Shown piece by piece: positions 1-9,559 of a stretch of DNA of 64,000 nt; positions within the stretch are counted from its first letter, which is position 1; each line of letters opens with the position of its first letter. The DNA lies in the NCBI GenBank assembly GCA_029858285.1, contig JAOUFN010000002.1:9842-73841 (forward strand), in the 5' to 3' direction. The DNA comes from Nitrospirota bacterium. Lineage in GTDB: Bacteria > Nitrospirota > JACRHL01. The notes below the pieces were generated by a model. That model made no database searches. It was not told the DNA's origin and saw nothing but the letters and a program-made list of their open reading frames with translations. A program made the position numbers and the translations under genes.

Positions 1-2
1 AT

Positions 3-1403
3 ACCTTCGAATTCGCCTCCGAGGTACGCGCCCTGGAGCACGGCGGGCGCATCGATCCCCTGGCCCTGGACCACTACCTGGCCCTGGGGTACATCCCCGG
101 CGACCTGTGCCTGTTCGAGGGGGTGCATAAACTCCCCGCCGCCCACACCGCCCGCCTCGACCTGGGCGATTTCAGCCTGCGCACACGCCGCTACCGGGAA
201 CTGCCCGGCGCACCGGTCGGCGAAACCGGCTCCGGCACACCGGCTGAAACGGACGTCGAGGCCCTGGAGCGGGAACTCGAACACCTTTTGGAGGACGCGG
301 TGCGCCTGCGTCTGGAAAGCGACGTGCCGCTGGGGGTGCTGCTGAGCGGCGGGCTGGACTCCGGTCTGGTGCTGGCCGCCGCCAGCCGGGTGTCGTCCCG
401 GCCGATCGAGGCCTTTACCGTCAGCCTCCCCGACAGCCCCCTGGACGAATCCCGCCGTGCCACCCAGGTGGCCCGCCACTTCGGGGCGCACCACCACATC
501 CTGCCCCTGGCCCCCACCGGCCTTGGCGTGCTGCACGACCTCGCGCCGCTGGTGGACGAGCCGCTGGGGGATTCGTCGCTGATTCCGTCGTTTCTGGTCT
601 CGGCCCTCACCCGCCGCCACGTCACCGTGGCCCTGGGGGGTGACGGCGGCGACGAACTGTTTGGCGGCTACACCGCCTACGTCACCGGCCTGAACGCCCT
701 GCGCCGCGCCGGCTGGATGCCGCGCCCCCTGCTGGCCCTGGCCGGGGCCGCCCGCTACCTTCCCGCCGGGCTGAAGGGGCGCGCCTACGGCCTCTCGCTG
801 CGCCACGGGGCGTTGCAGCAGGCGTCGTGGTACACCACGTTCTTCGACCCGCGCCTGCGCCACCGCCTGTACCGTAACCCGCCACCGCTGGCGCGTGCCG
901 ACGCCCCGGAGCGGTGGCACGCCAGCTTGCTGGGGGCGCCGGGGGCGGCACCGATCCACCGCCTGTGCCGACAGGGCTTTTTGAGTACCCTGACGGACGA
1001 CTTTCTGGTCAAGGTGGACCGCGCCAGCATGGCCCATGCCCTGGAGATGCGCTCCCCCTGGCTGGACCCGCGCCTGATCGACTTCGCCTTCGGACGCATC
1101 CCGGCCAGTTGGAAGGTGCAGGGCAATGCCACCCGGCGCCTGCAACGTCGGCTGGCGGCGCGCCTGCTTCCCCCCGATGCCGAAGTACCCCGCAAGCAGG
1201 GTTTTTCCATCCCCATGGATGCCTGGCTGCGCGCCGACCGCTGCCAGTGGGTGCGCGACACCCTGCCGGACCTGCCGGACAGCATCAACCGGGTTTATGT
1301 GGAAAAACTCATCCACGGCCACATGCGCGGCCGCGCCAACGGCGCCCGGCTGTTTGCCCTTATAATGCTGGCGTTCGCCAACCGCAACGCACGCCGCCAC
1401 TAA
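3..1403 (+). CDS. asnB: Asparagine synthase (glutamine-hydrolysing)-like amidotransferase of a polysaccharide cluster, 5'-partial
   Basis: Frame open from the window edge (TFEFASEVRAL...); motifs LSGGLDSG, DEPLGDSS, GGDGGDELFGGY, KVDRASMAHALEMRSP, RKQGF. Confidence 0.9.
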   Translation, partial: TFEFASEVRALEHGGRIDPLALDHYLALGYIPGDLCLFEGVHKLPAAHTARLDLGDFSLRTRRYRELPGAPVGETGSGTPAETDVEALERELEHLLEDAVRLRLESDVPLGVLLSGGLDSGLVLAAASRVSSRPIEAFTVSLPDSPLDESRRATQVARHFGAHHHILPLAPTGLGVLHDLAPLVDEPLGDSSLIPSFLVSALTRRHVTVALGGDGGDELFGGYTAYVTGLNALRRAGWMPRPLLALAGAARYLPAGLKGRAYGLSLRHGALQQASWYTTFFDPRLRHRLYRNPPPLARADAPERWHASLLGAPGAAPIHRLCRQGFLSTLTDDFLVKVDRASMAHALEMRSPWLDPRLIDFAFGRIPASWKVQGNATRRLQRRLAARLLPPDAEVPRKQGFSIPMDAWLRADRCQWVRDTLPDLPDSINRVYVEKLIHGHMRGRANGARLFALIMLAFANRNARRH

Positions 1404-1476
1404 TGATCCGCGCCACCACATGCACCCCGGTCCACAGGCGGCCCCCCCGTCCGGTCATGTCGATGGGAGCCGTGCG

Positions 1477-2607
1477 GTGAAGATCTTGCTGGCGGGCGAT
1501 TGGCAAACCCCGGTCTACGAAGAGCCGGCCCGCGCCGCCCTGGCGCGGCTGGGGCACACGGTGGAGCCCTTTGCCTGGCACTCCTACCTGCACATCCCCC
1601 GCCGGGGTGCGCGCCCCGGAACACCCGAAACGCCCAAAATCCCCGAAACGCCCGCCGCATCCACCCCCTCACGGCTGTGGGGCAGGATCCAGAACCGGCT
1701 GTTGCGGGGGCCGGCTGTGGAACGCCTCAACCGCGACCTGCAGGCCGCCGTGGAACGCCTTCGGCCCGATCTGCTGTTCATCTACCGGGGCACCCACATC
1801 CTGCCCCGCACCCTCCGCCGCATCCGCGCCGCCCACCCCGGCATCCTGCTGGCCGGATACAACAACGACGACCCCTTCGCCAGCGGCCATTTTCCCGGCC
1901 TGTGGCGGCACTTTCTGCGCGGCCTGCCGGAATACGACGTGATGTTCGCCTACCGCCACCACAACCTCGACGACTTCCGCCGCCACGGGGTGCGGCGCGT
2001 GGAACTGCTGCGTTCGTGGTTCGTGCCGGAACTGCACCGGCCCCTGCCTTCCGGGGAAGTGACCCGTTACGACTGTGACGTGGTGTTTGTCGGCCACTAC
2101 GAGGCAGACGGACGGCTGGAACTGCTCGAAGCGGTGGTCCGGGCCGGTTACCACCTGCGGCTGTTCGGACACGCCAGGCAGTGGAACCCGGTACTGGCAC
2201 GCTCGCGCACCCTGCGGCACCTGATCCCGGTGGATCTGGTATGGGACGACGACTATGTGCGCGCCCTGAACGGCGCCCGCATCGCCCTGTGCTTCCTGTC
2301 CCGCATCAACCGCGACACCTACACCCGCCGCTGCTTCGAAATCCCCGCCTGCGGCACCCTGATGCTGTCGGAATACACGGAGGATCTGGCCGCCCTGTTC
2401 GCCCCGGACCGCGAGGCGGCATTCTTCCGCTCCCGCGAGGAACTGCTGGCGCAACTGCACCGTTACCTCGGAGATGACCGGCTGCGCGGCCAGGTGGCCA
2501 AAGCCGGGCACCAGCGGGTGGTGCGGGACGGGCATGACGTGACATCGCGCATGCGGAACATGCTCGCCACCATCACCGCCGTCGCGCCCCGGGCAGGGTT
2601 TGCTTGA
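1477..2607 (+). CDS. Glycosyltransferase, CgeB/GT4-like
   Basis: GTG at 1477 after GGGAG; DVVFVGHYE, RCFEIPACGTLMLSE, C-terminal GT-B signature. Confidence 0.85.
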   Translation: MKILLAGDWQTPVYEEPARAALARLGHTVEPFAWHSYLHIPRRGARPGTPETPKIPETPAASTPSRLWGRIQNRLLRGPAVERLNRDLQAAVERLRPDLLFIYRGTHILPRTLRRIRAAHPGILLAGYNNDDPFASGHFPGLWRHFLRGLPEYDVMFAYRHHNLDDFRRHGVRRVELLRSWFVPELHRPLPSGEVTRYDCDVVFVGHYEADGRLELLEAVVRAGYHLRLFGHARQWNPVLARSRTLRHLIPVDLVWDDDYVRALNGARIALCFLSRINRDTYTRRCFEIPACGTLMLSEYTEDLAALFAPDREAAFFRSREELLAQLHRYLGDDRLRGQVAKAGHQRVVRDGHDVTSRMRNMLATITAVAPRAGFA

Positions 2608-4088
2608 GCCGCCACCGGCCACTGATCCCCCTCGTTCCCGGCGAGGTGTCCCCCTTGCGCTACCGCGTGGGCATCCTGTTGTGTGTGGCCACCATGCTGC
2701 CCACCGCAATCACCCTGGCATGGGGACAAAGCGCCGCCCCTTCCACCCAGACCCAGTTGGGCCTGACCCTGGGGCTGGCGGCGATGCTGTCCATGGCCGT
2801 CTACGGCTGGCCTTCCCTGTATATCGTGCGCACCGGGCTGCTGGCCCTGCCGGGACTGGTGTCCGGAAGTGTCCTGCTGCTGCCGGATATCAGTTCGATC
2901 AGCCCCCACGCCTTGCTGTTCCAGACCCGGCAGATGGGCGCCACCATCACCCTGCTGACCAGTCTGGCGCTGGGGGCATCGGGGGCCGCGTGGGGTCTTG
3001 GCTGTCTCACCGCGCGACCGCCCGCGCCAGCCCCCCCCCGGGAATTCCGGGTGCGGTTTGTGGCCTACCTGATACTGGCCGTGACCGCCGCCACCTGGAC
3101 CGCCCACAGCGCGGGACCGCTGATCTGGACGGCGGCGTACGTCACCCAAAAACAGAGACTGCCGCTGGGCTTGGGATCCATTCCGGCCATGATCGCCCTC
3201 GGCATTCTCGGCATGCTGGCATTTGCCTGCTTCGATCCCCGGGGAACCTCCCGGCACCGCTGGCTGGTCCTGCCGGTCGCGATCTATGCCTGCGTCTACT
3301 GTCTCTGGCTGCGGGGCGAACGCATCGAGACCCTCGGCACCCTCACCGGCGGCTATTTCATGTGGCTGCTGTACCGGCGCAGACCCGTGCGGCCCCTGTT
3401 CCTGGCTGCTGGCGCCGTGCTGATATTCGCCTTCTCCGTCAGTTGGGGCAACTACCGGATCCAGGCCACGGGGGGAACCCCGTTCCTCACATCCATCGTG
3501 TCCTCCTGGGAAGACCTGATAATAGAAACCGACGACGGGCTGGTGTCGGTGCAAGCCTCCACTTTCGGCGACATCGCGGCGACCCTGCTGAGCATGATCG
3601 GTCTGGTGGACGAAGGCGAGTTGACCCTGGTCCACGGCAAGACTTACCTGGATTTTATTCTGCGCACCCCTCCGCAGTTTCTTTACCCCGACCGGCCCGA
3701 GACCGTCGCGTGGATATTCTGGAGACACGACACCTCCACTGGCGGCGGCTTGTACGAACTGGCCGAGGCTTACTACAATTTCGGACCCGCGGGCGCCGCT
3801 CTGGTTCCGGCAATCATCAGCTTTCTGTTTGCCCGCGTTTACATGCGCGCCATCCGCCTGCGCACCCCCCTCGCCGTGCTGGCCCTGGGGCTGCTGATCG
3901 CCACCAGCTACCGCGGCATCTGGTATCAGACTTTCAATTACTACCGAATGGCGACCATCTGGCTGACGTTCGAGGCGGTTTTGATCGTGTTCACCGAGTT
4001 CAAGCGGCATGCCGCTGCTGCAACACCACTGCCGGAGCCCGAACATCCGGAACCGGCGCCGGGGCCCGCTTCCACGGGTGGTGGCTGA
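2604..4088 (+). CDS. Wzy-like polysaccharide polymerase / polytopic membrane protein
   Basis: About 10-12 hydrophobic segments, a large late loop ending in GGGLYELAEAYYNFG, position within a glycosyltransferase cluster; TTG start overlaps upstream stop. Confidence 0.65.
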   Translation: MSRHRPLIPLVPGEVSPLRYRVGILLCVATMLPTAITLAWGQSAAPSTQTQLGLTLGLAAMLSMAVYGWPSLYIVRTGLLALPGLVSGSVLLLPDISSISPHALLFQTRQMGATITLLTSLALGASGAAWGLGCLTARPPAPAPPREFRVRFVAYLILAVTAATWTAHSAGPLIWTAAYVTQKQRLPLGLGSIPAMIALGILGMLAFACFDPRGTSRHRWLVLPVAIYACVYCLWLRGERIETLGTLTGGYFMWLLYRRRPVRPLFLAAGAVLIFAFSVSWGNYRIQATGGTPFLTSIVSSWEDLIIETDDGLVSVQASTFGDIAATLLSMIGLVDEGELTLVHGKTYLDFILRTPPQFLYPDRPETVAWIFWRHDTSTGGGLYELAEAYYNFGPAGAALVPAIISFLFARVYMRAIRLRTPLAVLALGLLIATSYRGIWYQTFNYYRMATIWLTFEAVLIVFTEFKRHAAAATPLPEPEHPEPAPGPASTGGG

Positions 4089-5239
4089 TGCACGAAGAGC
4101 ACACCCATCCGGCACCCCCCAAGGAAAAAACCCCTCCGCCCGCGCCCCGGATCGTCCATTTTGTGCTGGACCACCGCCCCGGAGGGCACCATGCCTTTAT
4201 CCGCGGCCTGCGCTCCGCCCCCGCCACCCCCCCGTCCACAATGGTTACGGTGGGCAGCGGGCCGGACACCGACTTTGGCCTCACCAACCTGCGCCACCGC
4301 TGGCGCCTTGCCTTTCCCCTGGAAGTCGCGGTCAACGTGGCGCAAATCTGTCTGCTGCGCTGGCGCGGCCGGCTGGGGGGCGCGGGCACGGTGTTCCACG
4401 TCCATGGCGCCGCCAACCTGGCGCCGCTGGTGGCGGCGCGCCTGCTGCGGGTCCCCACCATATGGCAACTGCACGAAACCCTGGGCGTGCCACGCCTGCT
4501 GGCCCGGCTGGGGCAATGGGCGTTGCCCGGCGGCCCTGCGCGCATCGCCACCGTCACCCAAAAGGTGTATGCGGCGTTCGGCATCGACACCGCCACCACC
4601 GTGATGCCGCCCCTGGACACCGCTGTGTGGGTGCGCACCACCCCGCTGGGGAAAAAAACCCAGCCGCCGGTGATTCTGTCTGTCGGCAACCTGAATCCCC
4701 TGAAAGGGCAGGATGTTCTGATTGAAGCCATGGGGCAGGTTCCGGGACAATGGCGGCTGGAGCTCGTCGGCGAACCCCTCGCAACCCAGTCCGCCTACGT
4801 TCACCGCACACGCCAGATGACCGCCCGGGTCACCGGGGACAACCCACAGGGGCAGATCCACTGGGCGGGTCGGCAGGAAGGGGAACAGGTTCGGGAACGC
4901 CTCGAATGCTGTACCCTGTTCGTGCTGCCGTCCCGCAGCGAAGGGTGCCCCATCGCCCTGCTGGAGGCCATGTCGATGGGGTGTGTCTGCATTGCCACCG
5001 ACGTGGGGGAGGTGGCAAGCATGATCCGTCACGGCGTCAGCGGGTGGCTCGTCCCCCCCGCCGATCCCCGGGCGCTGGCGGATGCCATCCGCGCCGCGCT
5101 CGCGCAACCACAGGAGGACCGCACCGTCATGGCCCGCGCCGCCCGAGAATACGTACTCGAACACCACACCCCGGAGCATATCGCGCGCCAGTTGGGCGCC
5201 CTTTACAGCCAGACGCTGGCCGACAGGATGCGGGCATGA
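4088..5239 (+). CDS. Glycosyltransferase family 4
   Basis: ATG overlaps upstream TGA; VGNLNPLKGQDVLIEA and FVLPSRSEGCPIALLEAMSMG (EX7E motif). Confidence 0.88.
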   Translation: MHEEHTHPAPPKEKTPPPAPRIVHFVLDHRPGGHHAFIRGLRSAPATPPSTMVTVGSGPDTDFGLTNLRHRWRLAFPLEVAVNVAQICLLRWRGRLGGAGTVFHVHGAANLAPLVAARLLRVPTIWQLHETLGVPRLLARLGQWALPGGPARIATVTQKVYAAFGIDTATTVMPPLDTAVWVRTTPLGKKTQPPVILSVGNLNPLKGQDVLIEAMGQVPGQWRLELVGEPLATQSAYVHRTRQMTARVTGDNPQGQIHWAGRQEGEQVRERLECCTLFVLPSRSEGCPIALLEAMSMGCVCIATDVGEVASMIRHGVSGWLVPPADPRALADAIRAALAQPQEDRTVMARAAREYVLEHHTPEHIARQLGALYSQTLADRMRA

Positions 5240-6993
5240 TCGTTCTCGGCCTCAACGCCTACCACGGTGATGCCTCCGCCTGTCTGCTGCGGGATGGCCG
5301 CCTGGTGGCGGCCGTCGAAGAGGAACGGTTCCGGCGCATCAAGCACTGGTCGGGGTTCCCCTCCGAGGCCATCCGCTACTGCCTGGCTCAGGCCGGCGTG
5401 CGCCTGCAGGACGTGGACTGCGTGGCGGTCAACGGCGACCCCGGCGCCAACCTGGGGGGCAAGCTGCGCTTCACCTTGCGCTCCCTGCCCAGCCCCGCCC
5501 TGCTGCTGGACCGGTTGCAGAACAGCGGCCGCCGCATGAGCATCGAGGCGGCGCTGGAAAAGGCCGTGCCGGAAGGAACCTTTCACGGCATCGTGCAACC
5601 GGTGGAGCACCACCTGGCGCACCTGGCCTCGGCATTCTTCACCGCGCCGTACGAGCACGCCGTCGCAGTGTCGGTGGACAGTTTTGGCGACATGTCCAGC
5701 GCCGCCTGGGGGCTGGGGGCGGGCACCCGGTTGCAGATGGACGGCCGGGTCGGGTTTCCCCACTCCCTGGGCATTTTTTATCAGGCGCTCACCCAGTTTC
5801 TCGGCTTTCCCCACTACGGTGACGAACACAAGGTGATGGGGCTGGCCCCCTACGGCCAACCGTCCTACCTGGACGAGATGCGCCGGGTGGTGAAGGTGCA
5901 GGCGGACGGCACTTTCCGGCTGCAGCTCGACTATTTCCGCCACCACCGCGAAAAGCTGACCCGGGCGCAGGACGGCGGCACCCCGGAAAGCGGCCCCCTG
6001 TGGTCCCCCAAACTGGAGCAGTTGCTGGGCCCGCCCCGCACGCCACGGGCACCGGTGACCCCACGCCATGCGGACATCGCCAGTTCGGTGCAGGCCATGT
6101 ACGAAGAGGCGCTGGGTGCCCTGCTGGGACACATCCACGCCATCTACGGCGTGGACAACCTGGTGCTGGCCGGGGGCTGCGCCCTGAACTCGGCGGCCAA
6201 TGGCAGGATTTGCACCTCCACGCCGTTCCGCCACCTGCACGTACCGGCGGCGGCGGGCAATGCCGGAGGCGCGCTGGGGGCGGCCCTGGCCGTCTGGCAC
6301 GATTCCGAGGTAGAGGCTCCCCGGCAGCCGGTGGAACACGCCTGCTGGGGCCCGGGTTACACCGACGCCGAGATCGGCGTGGTGATCAAGAATCTCTGGT
6401 CCCGCCTGCGCGCCCGCGACTGCGCTGTGCGCAGTGCCGGAAACGACGCCGAGGTGTGTGAATTCACCGCCCGCGCCCTCGCCGACGGCAAGGTGGTGGG
6501 CTGGTTCCAGGGGCGTATGGAGTGGGGTCCGCGCCCCCTGGGCAACCGCTCCATTCTGGCCGATCCCCGGCGCGCCGACATGCGTGAGTTCATCAGCCAG
6601 AAGATCAAGCGCCGCGATTCGTTCCGGCCGTTTTCCCCCTCCATCCTGCGCGAGGCCGTGGCCGACTGGTTCGAGGTGGATGCCGACGTGCCGTACATGA
6701 GCCAGGCTCACCCGATCCGCGAGGAGCGTCAGGATCAGGTTCCGGCGGTCACCCACGTGGACGGCAGCAGCCACCTGCACACCGTGTCCGCCAGCTTCAA
6801 CCCCCTGTATCATCGGCTGATCAGCGCCTTCCGCGATATCACCGGCGTGCCCATGCTGCTGAACACCTCGTTCACCGACCACGAACTGCTGGTCTGCAAC
6901 CCGGCGGAGGCCCTCGAGTGCTTCCTGCGCAGCGATATGGAGGTGCTGGTGATGGGGCGTTACCTGCTGGACCGCAGCCGCACCACCGGATGA
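5236..6993 (+). CDS. Carbamoyltransferase, NodU/CmcH family (divergent motifs)
   Basis: ATGA overlap; MIVLGLNAYHGDASA, EEERFRRIKH, EHHLAH, KVMGLAPYG, GWFQGRMEWGPR, LNTSF. Confidence 0.9.
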   Translation: MIVLGLNAYHGDASACLLRDGRLVAAVEEERFRRIKHWSGFPSEAIRYCLAQAGVRLQDVDCVAVNGDPGANLGGKLRFTLRSLPSPALLLDRLQNSGRRMSIEAALEKAVPEGTFHGIVQPVEHHLAHLASAFFTAPYEHAVAVSVDSFGDMSSAAWGLGAGTRLQMDGRVGFPHSLGIFYQALTQFLGFPHYGDEHKVMGLAPYGQPSYLDEMRRVVKVQADGTFRLQLDYFRHHREKLTRAQDGGTPESGPLWSPKLEQLLGPPRTPRAPVTPRHADIASSVQAMYEEALGALLGHIHAIYGVDNLVLAGGCALNSAANGRICTSTPFRHLHVPAAAGNAGGALGAALAVWHDSEVEAPRQPVEHACWGPGYTDAEIGVVIKNLWSRLRARDCAVRSAGNDAEVCEFTARALADGKVVGWFQGRMEWGPRPLGNRSILADPRRADMREFISQKIKRRDSFRPFSPSILREAVADWFEVDADVPYMSQAHPIREERQDQVPAVTHVDGSSHLHTVSASFNPLYHRLISAFRDITGVPMLLNTSFTDHELLVCNPAEALECFLRSDMEVLVMGRYLLDRSRTTG

Positions 6994-7063
6994 TCCGGAA
7001 GCCGACAGAGGATCAAGCCAGATATAGATTATCCCCGGTACACCTTCCCGGAGACGGTCGGCC

Positions 7064-7837
7064 ATGCCTGTGACCATCAGCGTCATCACAGTCGCCCGCA
7101 ACAGCAGGGACACCATCGCCGATACCCTGAAATCCGTCACCGGACAGCACTATGAAAACATTGAACACATCGTCATTGACGGTGCGTCGAAAGACGGCAC
7201 GGCCGAACTGGTGGCGGAACTTCGCAGCAACCATCTGAAGCTTGTGTCCGAGCCCGACAACGGCATATACGACGCGATGAACAAGGGTATATGTCTGGCC
7301 TCCGGAGACGTCGTCGGTTTTTTGAACTCGGACGATTTGTTCAGTGACGAACACGCGCTGGAAAGGGTCGCGCAGGCTTTTGAAAACCCCGACGTGGACG
7401 CCTGCTACGCAAATCTGGTGTACGTCGACAAACAGAACCGCCGCACGGTTCGTTGCTGGAAGTCAAAGCCGTTCAAAAAGGGTTTTTTCGCCAGGGGATG
7501 GTGCCCGGCCCACCCCACATTTTACGTTCGAAAATCGGTCATTGACCGGCTTGGTGCGTTTGATACCGGCTACCCGCTCGCGGCCGATGCGGACCTGATG
7601 ATCCGCTACCTGGAGCGGGAAAACGTCAGGTCGGTCTACATCCCCCACGTTCTGGTGCGAATGCGCACGGGCGGAGTGACCAATCGAACGTGGCGCAACA
7701 TTGTCCGGCAAAACGTGGAAATTTTTGCCGCCCTGCGCAAAAACGGGATACCGTTTTCCCCGATGCTGTTCTGGGCATTCAAACTGGAGAATCGTTTTCG
7801 GCAGTTCCTGGCAGGGCGATCCGCAAATGAGCGCTGA
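7064..7837 (+). CDS. Glycosyltransferase family 2 (WcaE-like)
   Basis: ISVITV, IVIDGASKDGT, SEPDNGIYDAMNKG, FLNSDD, HPTFYVR. Confidence 0.9.
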   Translation: MPVTISVITVARNSRDTIADTLKSVTGQHYENIEHIVIDGASKDGTAELVAELRSNHLKLVSEPDNGIYDAMNKGICLASGDVVGFLNSDDLFSDEHALERVAQAFENPDVDACYANLVYVDKQNRRTVRCWKSKPFKKGFFARGWCPAHPTFYVRKSVIDRLGAFDTGYPLAADADLMIRYLERENVRSVYIPHVLVRMRTGGVTNRTWRNIVRQNVEIFAALRKNGIPFSPMLFWAFKLENRFRQFLAGRSANER

Positions 7838-8780
7838 CCCGGCTGTGCTTGTCACGGGCGCAAACGGCTTCATCGGGCGCGCCCTGTGTGCCCACCTGCT
7901 GGCTCGGGGTAAAACCGTACATGGGGCCGCGCGGAAGACGGCGGCCCTGCCCGGTGGCGTGCGGCCCTTTTCCGTGCCCGGTGTGGATGGCTCCACCCCT
8001 TGGAAGGAAGCCCTGGATGGCTGTAGCGCGGTGGTGCATCTCGCGGCACGCGTCCATATGACGCGGGACGTCGCCGCTGATCCCGCAGCAGAATTCCGCC
8101 GGGTGAACACCCTGGGCACGTTGAACCTGGCCCGCCAGGCGTCGGCTGCGGGGGTCCGTCGCTTCGTGTTTCTCAGTTCCATCGGCGTGAACGGCTCACA
8201 GACGTCCGGCTGTCCCTTCCGCGCCGGGGATGCCGTGGCGCCGCAGACACCCTACGCACGGTCCAAACACGAGGCCGAACAGGAGCTGCGTGGCCTGGCG
8301 GAACGCACCGGAATGCAGGTCGTCATCGTTCGGCCCCCGCTGGTGTACGGGGCGAACGCGCCGGGAAATTTCGGCACCCTCCTGCGCTGGCTCCGGCGTG
8401 GCGTGCCACTGCCTCTGGGAGCCGTGCATAACCGCCGCAGTCTGGTGTCCCTGGACAACCTGGTGGATCTGCTGAACGTCTGCCTCGACCACCCGGCCGC
8501 TGCCAACCACACGTTTCTGGTGAGCGACGGCGAAGATCTGTCCACCACCGATCTGTTGCGCCGTCTGGGCGGGCACCTGGGTATCCCGGTACGGCTGCTG
8601 CCCGTACCGGCTTCCTTGATGGGGTGGGGCGCCGGATTGCTGGGGAAAAAATCCCTGGCGCAAAGCCTGCTGGGCGACCTGCGGATCGACATCCAGAAAA
8701 CTCGCCACCTGCTGGGCTGGACCCCCCCCATCGGGGTGGACGAGGGTTTGCGCCGTGCGGCCCGGAGGGGGCAGCCGTGA
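7827..8780 (+). CDS. NAD-dependent sugar epimerase/dehydratase (extended SDR)
   Basis: VTGANGFIG, VVHLAARVH, YARSK, RPPLVYG. Confidence 0.9.
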   Translation: MSADPAVLVTGANGFIGRALCAHLLARGKTVHGAARKTAALPGGVRPFSVPGVDGSTPWKEALDGCSAVVHLAARVHMTRDVAADPAAEFRRVNTLGTLNLARQASAAGVRRFVFLSSIGVNGSQTSGCPFRAGDAVAPQTPYARSKHEAEQELRGLAERTGMQVVIVRPPLVYGANAPGNFGTLLRWLRRGVPLPLGAVHNRRSLVSLDNLVDLLNVCLDHPAAANHTFLVSDGEDLSTTDLLRRLGGHLGIPVRLLPVPASLMGWGAGLLGKKSLAQSLLGDLRIDIQKTRHLLGWTPPIGVDEGLRRAARRGQP

Positions 8781-9337
8781 AACGCCTGTTCGACCTGTCG
8801 CTGGCACTGCTCTCCGGGCTGCTGCTGGCCTTGCCAATGCTGGTGCTGGTGCTCGCGGTACGTCTCACCTCGCAGGGTCCGGCCATCTACTGGAGCGACC
8901 GGGTCGGTCGTCACAACCACATTTTCCGGATGCCCAAGTTCCGCAGCATGCGGATGAATACCCCCGCCGTGGCCACGCACCGGCTGACCAGCCCGGCCGA
9001 CTACCTGACGCCAATCGGCGCGTTTTTACGCAAGACCAGCCTGGATGAATTGCCGCAATTGTGGAGTATCATCAGGGGGGACATGAGCTTTGTCGGGCCC
9101 CGCCCGGCCCTGTTCAACCAGAATGATCTGATCGCCCTGCGCACCCGGTCGGGGGTACACGAACTGACACCGGGCCTGACCGGCTGGGCCCAGGTGAACG
9201 GTCGCGATGAGTTGCCAATTCCCCAAAAGGCCGCCCTGGACGCGGAATACCTGCGGCGGAAATGCCTGTGGTTCGATATCCGCATATTGTGGCTGACCTT
9301 CGTGCGGGTGGTGCGGCGCGACGGCGTGTCACACTAG
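8777..9337 (+). CDS. Initiating phosphoglycosyl transferase (PglC/Bac_transf family)
   Basis: KRLFDL, KFRSM, SLDELPQLW, GDMSFVGPRP, PGLTGWAQVNGR; GTGA overlap. Confidence 0.9.
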   Translation: MKRLFDLSLALLSGLLLALPMLVLVLAVRLTSQGPAIYWSDRVGRHNHIFRMPKFRSMRMNTPAVATHRLTSPADYLTPIGAFLRKTSLDELPQLWSIIRGDMSFVGPRPALFNQNDLIALRTRSGVHELTPGLTGWAQVNGRDELPIPQKAALDAEYLRRKCLWFDIRILWLTFVRVVRRDGVSH

Positions 9338-9559
9338 GGCGTCGGCAGGGACGGGGTGGCGTGGCCGCAGGATGCACACGGACCCCGTGTTGTATTGTAG
9401 ACTACGAACTTCCGAACCCTGAGCGCCTGCATGGCCCGGGGTTCGACCCGGGTGACCGGTTGGGATGACGCGGCCTCGCGTTTTGAAGGAACGCGGCCCG
9501 GAAAACCAGACGAGCACACTGTCACCGTGACGGAAAGACCTCAGACCAGACACACACGG

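Noticed and set aside
2600-5239. 879-aa ORF spanning Wzy and GT4
   Set aside because: The first half is an off-frame shadow of the Wzy-like gene; the real GT4 starts at ATG 4088
9435-9452. CCCGGG-GTTCGA-CCCGGG as a tRNA T-arm remnant or att site
   Set aside because: Stem register does not fit a T arm and it does not match the three tRNAs in the window
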